Source of the DNA: Phoronis australis
Taxonomy: Eukaryota; Animalia; Phoronida
Direction: 5' to 3'
Length of the DNA stretch: 64,000 bases
Assembly: GCA_002633005.1 (NCBI GenBank)
Contig: NMRA01000596.1
Location: 125,494 to 189,493, forward strand
Of this stretch, positions 52,151-62,724 are shown piece after piece (position 1 is the first letter of the stretch; the number at the start of each line of letters is the position of its first letter). The position numbers were made by a program, and so were the translations under genes. Under the pieces are notes generated by a model that had not been told where the DNA came from, did not search any database, and saw only the letters and a list, made by a program, of their open reading frames with translations.

Positions 52151-53476
52151 AGGCGAAGGCAACCTTTTTTCATGTCACTTTTACCAAAAATAAGGTTCGT
52201 TGATTATCCCAGACACATTTTTCACTTAATTACAGCTTTTCGTAATTTGATTAATTTCTCTACCTTTACTCCGGAAGTGACGTTTTGGGAGGCAAGAGTT
52301 TCGCGCCAATTTCTTTTCATTATAGTCTGACTGTGAGGGCTGTCGAGTCACTCATTGTTCTACCTCGGTTATGATAAGTTCGGTCGTCGTTTGCTTTTGT
52401 TTACAAGTCAGTCAACATGCCACGCTGTTGCTGCGTGCCAGGATGTACTCATTATCGTCTCACACGCGCATTGGGTACCTTGCGTCGCTTTCCGAAGGAT
52501 GACACACTTCGCCGTACTTGGCTAGCTCGTTCATGTGAAGAACGCAGCGCTACCCGTCCACGCAAACGCACAAAGCAGTAGAGGGTTACCGAGTGTGTGG
52601 CAAATATTTTCTGCCGTCAGATTACGACATAATTGATGAAGGTCCCTGCGAAACAACGCTTGAAGAAGGGTACCATACCGTCGCTGTTGATTCCCTGCAG
52701 TGTGCCGTCGCCAACCCCGAGAAGTGACGTTCTTGAAGCGAGAAGCCTCGCGAGTTGTGGCCACTGCATGTACATACAGTGACTGGAGGCACTTCATCTA
52801 CTGTCACCCATGCCTCCGAACGTACCCCATTGCGTACAATTCCGGGAACTAGCAGTGATTCGCCCTGTGTTGTTGTCTCTAGCCCAGAGCCTGTATGCAG
52901 CCCTGCAGCTATGTTGAGTAGTGGGAGTGAATACAGGTCCAGTTCGACACCCAGTGAAGAGGACAGTTCGTCATCCGATGAACAGATCAGTGAGCCTAAA
53001 TTTGATAAGTTTATTGTGGACTTGTATTGGAGCTATTTAGAAGGTGCCAGGTGTGTGGCGACGGAGTCACACGGCGGGATCTAAGCACTTTGGGTGCTTA
53101 GATCACCCTCCAGTGGGAGTGTGTCGCGGGACACTCGGGCAAGTGGGACAGTTCTTCCTCTGTACGTGAGACGATAATGAGTACACTCCAGTACGCAGCA
53201 ACAGCGTGCATGTTGACTGACTCGTAAGCAAAAGCAAACGACCACCGAACTCATCACAACCGAGGTAGAACAATAACTGACTCGACTGCTCTCACAGTCA
53301 GACTATATGAAAAGAAATTGGCGCGAAATTCTTGCCTCCCAAAACGTCACTTCCGAAGTAGACGACGAGTAATTAATTAAATTACGATAAGCAGTAAATA
53401 AGTGAAAAATATGTCTGGGATAATCAACGAACCTCATTTTTGCTAAAAATGACATGAAAAAAGGTTGCCTTCGCCT
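52151..53476 (+). mobile_element. Kolobok-type non-autonomous element, family 2, copy F
   Basis: TTAA TSDs at 52147-52150 and 53477-53480; colinear with 29447-30782 over its whole length. Confidence 0.87.
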
Positions 53477-53548
53477 TTAACATATCTGTAAGGTTCTAAC
53501 CAGGAGAGGTTTGTGGGTTAAAATCCGGTTATATACATTTATTGTCAC

Positions 53549-55731
53549 AGTAGTAAAGTAAGAGGTTTAGACGCCCCGTTTGGGAGGGTCTCGGTCAAAG
53601 GTCATCCATGTGAAAGGAAAAGGTCAAAGGTCACGTGGGATAACTGCAATGGGAAGGGACACCATCCGCCTACCGGACGGATGTGTCAATGACGTCACAC
53701 CTCATGACGTAATAGGTTTAATGAGTCGCGTTAGAGAGGCACCTCGATGCTCGTTTTTGCGGCTCCTCGCAACCGATCGTGAACCGAAACAAAAGAGGGA
53801 TAACGCTGATGAATAAGAACAAAACTTATTTCGTGTCCCTAATTAAGTGTGGGTCGTCGTTGTATATTGTTTGTTCTGTCTCATTGATCAAAAACAAAGG
53901 CGTATACAAAAGGGGATAACCACCCAACTCAACAACAGATGTCGCGTAATGTCTAACCCAGGACCCGACGGTACTGAGCGAATCGTACTCATAATAATAA
54001 GAAGCGACCAGCTAACACAGAACATAAAACCGATAGCGTTTAAACGTGTATTATTGTAGGTAGGTATACATAGTGTTGGAAATAGTCTGACCAACTAAGA
54101 GAGAAAAGAAACTTTTCGTGTTTAGCCGAATATTACTAACGGCATGCAAAATTAAATAAGACGAATTAATGTAATCGGAATTCGTATACATATGTATTCA
54201 ACGTGTAAACGACCATTGTAACTGATCATATTAAGCTACGGAGATTATTAGATTGAATTTGAAACATAGGTAGTTGACGTGTGTTAATTGTTGGTGATGG
54301 AAAAAGAAAATAAAAAATATTGAACTAATCGGAATTGTTTACGATAAACTCACCTCAGAGGTAGTGTGGGTGAAAAACCTTTATACAGCTTCAGATGATG
54401 GTTAACCTACGGAATAAAAATTAATAAAAAAGTTATTGAACATTGACTGTATATAGAGTGTAGACGGTTGGTCAAAAACAACGGAAGGCTGGATACTACG
54501 TACGCGAAACGAAACTTAAAAGTCTGGCTAAGAGAAGGGTTAATTAAGCAAATGATAACTCACCGCTAACTCCGATCTCGGAATAGTCTGTGTAATCGGT
54601 CGTATCTATTCGGTTTACATATATTGCCGGCGTTTGATGTGTTTCTATACACGTTGTGTAGCACCTAATAACATATCATTTATTTGGGACGCGTGTGTCC
54701 AATTGTTTGGTTCGAAATACAGGTAACGAGTATCAAGAAAGGCGTGTTTGGTGAAATTTATTAAAATATCCAGCACACTATAGAATTGCAAAATTCGCAA
54801 ACGGGTTCAAAATGTACGTAATGAACCCTAGGGTTTGTGTCAGCCCAGACTTGACGCGATGAATACATGTATGTAAGATTTTTCAAAGCCCAGACGTTGC
54901 TTTGTTTATATTTGTGAACGAAAACTTGACGTCACACTTCGCATTCAGTCTTTTGTCCCGTATGATAACAAGCAGGCCAATTATCTCCCAAGCTTCAAAG
55001 GAAACGTATGGTGGTTGCACATTATTACCGAACAAAATATGAACACAGTCAAACCCTGGAGTGTGTCCGTTTGGACAGAATAGATTGTCTTAACTTCTGT
55101 TGTAGTTGGGCGTTTTGGTGATTCAAAAACGGAACATGATCAGCATTTGACGAGGAATTCAGAAATGCTATTGGTTTAAGCTCAAATATGTTCTGACTTA
55201 ACTTTCATTTTTATCAGCCCAGCCCAATCAGTCTAGATATGAACTGATCGGAGATACATGTAAGAGCAATTATCGAACAAAAGAGCGCAGACCCTCCAAC
55301 CATAAATGCCAGAATGGAGTTAATCAGTCGTGTAAGATATTGGCTACGGGGGTAAACTTCCCAACTTGTTGTTGGGCTATAGAATCAAATATGTTGGGAG
55401 CAACGGGATGCCGCCGTCATGCCCTCACTTAATTGGGGACACGAAATAAGTTTTGTTCTTATTCAGCAGCGTTATCCATCTTTTGTTTCGGTTCTTGATC
55501 GGTTGCGAGGAGCCGCAAAAACGAGCATCGAGGTGCCTCTCTAATTAAAGGGACTCATTAAACCTATTACGTCATGACGTGTGACGTCATTGTCACATCC
55601 GTCCGGTAGGCGGATGGTGTCCCTTCCGATTGCAATTATCTCACGCGACCTTTGACATTTTCCTTTCACATGGATGACCTTTGACCGAGACCCTCTCAAA
55701 TTGGGGCGTCTAAACCTCTTACTATACTACT
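53549..55731. mobile_element. Non-autonomous Polinton/Maverick-like element (2183 bp)
   Basis: Starts AGTAGT, ends ACTACT; TIRs 53549-53853 and 55422-55731; perfect 6-bp TSD TGTCAC (53543-53548, 55732-55737); no pPolB, integrase or capsid ORF. Confidence 0.82.
55040..55421 (-). repeat. ~380-bp interspersed repeat, copy 3 (inside the Polinton-like element)
   Basis: Abuts the inner edge of the right TIR. Confidence 0.8.
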
Positions 55732-56400
55732 TGTCACTTACAGACGTAGAAACGTGAAACAAATTAATCTCCTCCCGTATCGAAAAAAAACTATTACATG
55801 TACTCTGCGAATATACAAAAAATCGTTTCAAAACGTGCGTAAAAGATTTTGGTGAAGTTGTCAGAAGATATCTGATTAAATGTCGAGTGATATTTGCGTC
55901 CTTCAACTTTTTTGTTTTGCCATAACATTTCCTTGCCTGTTTTCTGTTGGTTTGTTTACTTGTTTGCAAGCTACACGTCGCATTTTGTATCCAAGTAGGA
56001 TAGAAATTACGCAAATGTTGCCTTTAAATGCTTCGAAATCTGTTGTCTTTGTTCAATTGGAAGTAAGATGGCGTTGCGGCGGCCATTGTTCACTAATTTG
56101 GTTTGTGGAACCACAGCTCTGCTATTTCTGAGGGTAAAAATCAAGAAATTCTAACTATCACAACGTAATCTAGAATCACGATTGATTAAACTTGTCAAGC
56201 AAGCCTTTTGTGTTGGTACACAATACTTATGGTTAAGCTGGTCACTTTTACACACTCAACCTTGAACACAACTGAATACTCCTGGTTATAAATTACAAAC
56301 AAGTCATAATTTGCTATGATTGAAAATACACGTGTGTCACAGAGGCTTAACTGAGTGTGTTTTCAAATTGCAGTGAGGATTACAATATTTGTTTTTCAAA

Positions 56401-56522
56401 ATGACTGCCAGGTGGCACCGTGATAGCTTCCCAACACTTGTTGCCTTGTTGGGGGCGGTGTTATTACCATTTGTCAACGGAAAGATCCAGTGTATGGACC
56501 ATGCTGGCAAGCCTGTGGATTG
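56401..56522 (+). CDS. DNASE2: DNase II paralog copy B, first coding exon (remaining exons not found in window)
   Basis: MTARWHRDSFPTLVALLGAVLLPFVNGKIQCMDHAGKPVD(W)|GTAAGT; same length as the copy A exon (109/122 nt identical), homologous upstream acceptor ...tgcAG|tgaggat; opposite strand. Could also be an orphan duplicated exon. Confidence 0.75.
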
Positions 56523-58789
56523 GTAAGTGAAATAAATTTGAAACAAAATGTATAACGATTCCATAAATCTATTTAAGAATGGTCGATGACAAATTGAGAA
56601 CAGTCCTATGAAGGAAATTCTTCACGGTAACAGACCACCATAAAGACCTTTGTGGAATTTTTGGGTTCACTGCGGGGCTCATGACTTCGAGACTTCAACT
56701 ATTTCTTGAGTTGGGACAGCGCCCTCTGTCCTGTCTGTTCGACAACTGCGTCTGTTTGGCAAGACTAACATGCTCATTCGACGACTAACCTGTCGTCTGT
56801 TTGATAGAAGTAATCTGTTCGTTCAATGCGAGTAACCTGCCTGTTCGGCACAAATAACTTGTTCGTTCGCTAAATAACCTGTTTAACCAAATAATTTGTC
56901 TGTTTGTCAATATTTGTACCAAGTAACCAGTCTGCTCGAAAATTAACTTCACTTGTTTATTTGGCGGTGTTGTCTATTTTGAACCTTTTCGCTGCCATAC
57001 ACCGGGTCCTAAATGTATGACTAAATATATCTACTTAAAGTCCTTCTCTCACGCGTAGTTAACCCTTATTACATGGTTAGAAGATGTTATAAGGATCCAA
57101 GAAGTACCTACCCCATAACTAATACACGATCCGTACTCGAAAAAAGTTTAAATGAACGCGCCACTCACGATTCGCACCCGAAGAACCACCGGCATTTTGA
57201 ACTTGCCGCGAACCCGGAAGTACAATTCATTCAGGCACCCAGGCCGAGAAAACGCCGTCAGTGCGAGTGGAGCAGTGCCTGTACTGTTACCAGCCAGCAA
57301 ACGGGATAAAATAATCGACAGCGCGCCTTAATTTTGATCAAATCAAACTACGGACAATTTTATCGAATTTGCTGAAGAAATGTGGCGAATAAATTTTGAC
57401 AGAAATTATTTTGTCAGACTCGGGGCCGCATCGGACCGGGTGTGGATCGAAACCAGACACTGGCGAACGGTAAATGCATGCGGTTGCAAGCTGTTTTGTC
57501 GAAGTAAAATGGTCAAATCATAAATGCTGCATATATTCAAGGGTAGTTTCAGACACTTCCATGAAATTACGGGCTGGTTAGTCCTGTGTCACACTGCCGC
57601 GGCAGACCTTAGTTAGCCTCAGTCACCAGCTACCAGTGAAGACTATCGTCAAAATACAGCTTGTTAGTAGGCCTATACAGCTTTACGCCAAGGCTACCCT
57701 TAGGCCTAACTGGTCGCTGGCCACAAACACAAAAAAAACACGAAAATTGATCAAAGTTTTTTTTTTGTAGCAACGTTTGTCAAAATGTATCAACGTTAAA
57801 TCTTCACAAATTACTAAGTAGCCGATTGAACATGCCTTTCAGTTCAGCAAAAGTCGACATTGTCGGTGCCGCCAGACATGAGTCCAACGGGAATTGTGAG
57901 CCCATTTATCACTTAATGAGTAACAACTGCGAGGCTGAAATTTGGTGAACACTGCTAAATCGTGCAGAATAGTAAGTAAAGATATGTCTAACTAAATTTC
58001 ACCGTAATTTGTTGGCGAAAACAATTTACACGAAGTTTTAAACTCGTAACTCATCCCGCTGTCCTCCAATATGGCCGACGCGATCCAAACAAAGTGACCC
58101 AAATTTCGCCACAAAACTTGCAATAACTTTACAGTGCTTGCCCCGATTTTGATACTTTTTCGATTTTTAATGAGTAGAATGTATTACCTTTCCGATGATA
58201 GCAAAGTACTTTTTCAAAACGAGGAAAAAATAAAACCGAAAAAAATTGGTTCGACCCATATTGGTTCCTAGGTTCGACCCGCCTACATGTATACGTAAGG
58301 AACTAAACACCAATGCTATTTTAACATACTAAGTACGCGTAACATTCCAAAAAAATCAACGACCACTAACTACAAACTATAAATACACTACATATGCAAA
58401 CGAATCACGATATATTACTAATAAAACAAAATAATGAAGACTTTTCGAGCAAGCCATAGCACATTCAGTTACAAGGAAAAAATGGCGGCGTTCAGGACAA
58501 GTTCCTGAACTGATGAGCCGGAAATGTGGGTACGGAAATAACCGATGACAACCGGTAATCATACGCTCAAAGAGAGGGGTCAAATACTGTTAAAAAATCG
58601 CTTTTGGCAAGAAAGGCGAAAAGAATATAAAGAAAGGGTGTCCAAAATAAGAATTTATGTAGTAAGTATTTTCGGATACTGGAACCACATGGGCAGTTTG
58701 AGAGAAGGACTTTAACTGTAAGCCAATGAGCAAAACTCGATTGTACGATATACATGTAACAAATGTCTAACGGTGTCGATTAGAATTCA

Positions 58790-61480
58790 TAGATATTCTG
58801 AAAGTGCGCTGTCACCAAGAGGCACAGTTTATGGTTGGCCAGAAGTCGCACACTCTAATATGCGGGTCTTGACCTTAACGGCAGAGAACATGTCATCCTT
58901 TCCAAAGAAGTTCTAACACTCGTACTAACGGCCACAAGTTTCTGGAGTTGCCTCTTCCAGGACAAGGATCACATCATTAACTTTCCATTCTTAGATATAT
59001 TCTATGTCTGTCTTGTCTTCAGTGCAGGTAGACACTTTGCAGTCCACCTATACTTTGAAACTCCGGTCCTCGCAGCCGTCTGCATTCATTCAGTAAATTG
59101 CCATCGGATGAACCCTCAGGACGCTTTATCAGCAGGATTCAGTCGTGATTTTACACAGCGCAAGTGTGATGGTGTCGACGCATCGAGAATAGCAAAACAG
59201 GGTGCGTGCCTATAAGTATGATAACGCTTGTCGTTACTTCTGTTACTCTGTAGCATTGATTCTCATATTGGCACTTCAAGCTTCTGTCGAATGATGCTAA
59301 CAAGTTTTACAGACACTGTCGCAAAGTACTGCCAACTCTAATCTAGAGATGCCCATGAAGTTAAAGGGAGCAAGACGTGACTTGGGTAATTTTAGGCAAC
59401 ACTTGACCTTCCCATAACTTTCCAACAATCTAATGTGGGATACAGCTTTTCATACTACCTGAGAAGTACATGTAGAGAAGTAGAAGATACAAGACCCCGC
59501 TATCTTCTCTGATTACAACGGCTTCACACGTCCAGCTGTCATGAGATCTTGCATTACCGGAATCCACTTCTCGAAGTCAGACATGTATCCGTAACATCAA
59601 TCGGTAATTTCCGAATCCAACCAAGTTTAAGCTGATTCCACTCCTGAGGGTTTATCTTGTCTGCTAGGGAATATGGTCTTGCAACGTCCGATGGATCATA
59701 TAGTGAATTAACGTTGCGCAATTACCCAGTTCTTGTCAAAGGTTTGCCCTTTGGCATAATCTTAAAACAGAAGCTGGCTGACTATGTTTCTCAGTGTACA
59801 CCAAGGGATCGTTGAACATGAAGAGTCTCGTAGTTAAGGTCTTTTTTACTTCTTCATGTAAGCACGCCAACATATCTCGATTACTGCTGATCCATTTGGC
59901 CAACATACATGTAAGTTCACACTTACCCGTTTAGCAGGCTTTGAAAAGAGTTTTCAAATTTCCATCCAAACTTTGATTCCTATTGAGGCTACTTTTTCCA
60001 GAGAGTTGGATAGGAAACTCGCTTCTAGAATCTGTTGATGGACCAAAACCGGTTTGGGTATCCTTTAATATATACATTACGTCGGCAATCTCTCAATCTC
60101 CCTCACCAGTGTTGCCTGAGAATTGATTTCGGGTATGTGACCTGTCGCACGTTAACTATCTTGGCAATAGACGGAACCGATAAATCGCGTCGCCTAGTAG
60201 ATGGTCACCACCAACACAGCAGTAGTCACTCACGCAGGTGTCAAACGATAGACTAATACTGCAGGTGGTCAGAGAAATCGTGAAACCCATCTTCGTCATT
60301 GGGTCGTAATGATGCTCTTCCGGTGACTCTTTTTATCTGAGCTTCGACTATGTCGTAACTGCTACCAAATTGCTTTCTCAGTTTGAGCATGCTGTTGGAG
60401 TTGCTCCACAGCTAGCAACAATATAACAGCACCTTAGCTTGAGCCCTTGCACACTAAAAGTGTATCATCCATTTAGAACTCACAACTCTCTGGTCAAATG
60501 ATCGGGTAAAAACCAATGGCGGCGAAGAGTTCCACCAAGGGTTAATAGGTCCACCTTATACAACTGCATCTTGCTGCTGCTATTTGTCCAAGGACATCAT
60601 CAAAAGCAAGTCTCGGCTAATGGTTCTACAGTTCCCGTCGCTTTCTTTAGCGACCATAGAGCAGTTGCCCGTTGGTTTCCCATTCCTCTGTAAAAGGATT
60701 CGGTTAAGACAAATGGAATGGGCTGCACTCTATATCTGCTGCTTCTGTCATAGCGAAAACAGGATGTTTATCTGGTTGGTTGACCTAATCCTCAGCAAAA
60801 GGATTGAGACTGGATGGGTGAATGGAGATTCTACAGACACCTGGTGCTTTCGGGCACACCTCAGTCTCTACACCATGAACCCATCAGAAAGGAGTAAATT
60901 GCCTTTCACTGTTGAGTAATGCGCTATACGGAGCAGAGACTTACTGCAAAACTTGATTGTGAACTATGTAACTCTCGTGTTCAGCCAAGCACTCCCCGTG
61001 AGGAGAATGCCTCTTGCATCAAGTACCTATTAGTGGTGGATGGCACATGCATCAGGTCACTCTCCAGTACTACATTCGTCCATATTGCATCTTCTGCTGC
61101 AGCTCTACAAATTACAGTCTCCATGTGCATCTCTTCTTCGCCGAGCCGATGCTTGGCTTTCTGGGATCATGCTTCAGCTGGGAGCATCACCTTTTTAGCC
61201 TGTCGATGTAGCTTTGAAACTGGTGGAAGAGCCAGTCCTCCAGTCACTGGTGGCCTTTGGCGATGTTGCTGACAGTCTTTACGCTATCTAGGTAGATGGT
61301 TATATCTACGTGTATGTTATTGTCGCACCAATCCTCAATGTATATAACTCCTATAGTAAGGGCCAACTCGACTCCGTCAAAGCGTAACATTTGGAATACA
61401 CTGAATTCACTTGCTCTACATAGCTCACGCTCAGTGTGACCACTCAGAACAATGCTGTAATAAAATACTTCATGAAGCAT
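58790..61480 (-). mobile_element. Heavily decayed BEL/Pao-like LTR retrotransposon internal region
   Basis: Fragmentary minus-strand motifs resembling Pao RNase H (H-x-FSD near 60270-60290) and the BEL integrase C-terminal tail (D...VKVKT...KLCLL near 58815-58900); no long ORF; LTRs not resolved. Confidence 0.55.
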
Positions 61481-62071
61481 CTCTACGCTGACATTTGGGG
61501 ATTTGTGACCCCAGTGCCTAGGAGAGGCTAAGTCCGACTACGACAAACCCATCCTAATGGATCCACAAATTTTAATTAAAATGCTGAAGAAAATCTATTC
61601 GATAATAATATACAGCATAATGCATAGATTTTTAAAATTTCAAAGACAGCTACTTCTATTTTTTCAACATTAAAAAACAGTCGTATTTCGTGTTTTTCGT
61701 TTTTTAACTTTGAAACTCACAATCAAAACAGGCGCGTTGGTTTACGACCGCAATTACATGTATCCTATCCAAAACATGTTCAAACAAACCCATGAGTAGC
61801 AACAAGCTGGTTTAAATCCATGCCGCCGCCATCAAGCCTCTGATGTGCCGTGGAATGCTGTAGATGCACAGTGGTAAACAGTGCACACTTTCTCGTTTAG
61901 TTGCGTGCACATCCTGTTAGAGTAAGATTTACATAACGTGTACTCACAACTTTTTACCGTCAAAATTTCACAGTGTCGCAAAACTTTGTACGACATGTAC
62001 ACACTTTCAAGCAGACTACCATGTTGAATCAGCAAATGAAGCAAAACAACTCGTTAGTTCCCAAATATTTT

Positions 62072-62228
62072 TAAGTCTTGTCTGCAGGCCACCTATTGGC
62101 CACATCATGTGACCTAATGAACAGTCCGAAAAGATTCCTGCCCCCGACCGGTAATCGAAACCCGGACTTTCTGCTATGCTCATTATGTCACGTGATGTGG
62201 CCAATAGGTGGCGGGCAGACCAGACTTA
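62072..62228. mobile_element. Small inverted-repeat element enclosing a tRNA-like T-arm fragment
   Basis: ~48-bp inverted arms (TAAGTCTTGTCTGCAGGCCACCTATTGGCCACATCATGTGAC... / ...GTCACGTGATGTGGCCAATAGGTGGCGGGCAGACCAGACTTA); loop reads CCGGGTTTCGATTACCGG on the minus strand. Confidence 0.6.
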
Positions 62229-62724
62229 TGTTTCCACGCGGGTTTAAGATTTAAATATAAATGTGTTATTTCAAAAATTAAATGTTTGCATGAGAAATTT
62301 CCATAATTTTTCAATGTTTTGATTGGTTCAAAGCGATGGGGGTAAGGTGATAAAATTTCTTGGTTTGTTCCAAGATTGAACTCCTCAACTCACTCGTGAC
62401 TAGTCGACGCCACGGCCTAATTTTAACCTGTCATCTAGTGTGACGAAAAAGAATTGAACGTGCTGTTATCGAATGGAACTAGTCGAGCTGTATTGATGCA
62501 AAATACATCGTGTTTGGTGGGATGCTCAGCCAAAGCAATACCTGGTTCTCTTTTCAGCAGGGCTACCCAGGCATTATCAGTTATGAGTTTGCTTGTTTAG
62601 GTATCACAATCATTTGACTAGCATAAAAACTTTTGTCCGGCTGGTGACTAGCCAAAACTATATTTAGCCCCATTGCAAACTTTGACCACAGCCTTCTGCC
62701 ATACAAATCACATGCATTGTTAAT

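Noticed and set aside
57059-58305. piggyBac-like element starting TTAA-CCCTT
   Set aside because: The right terminus and TSD could not be matched convincingly and no transposase remnant was seen.
62125-62180. Functional tRNA gene
   Set aside because: Only a T-arm-like 3' portion; no D-arm, A-box or complete cloverleaf.
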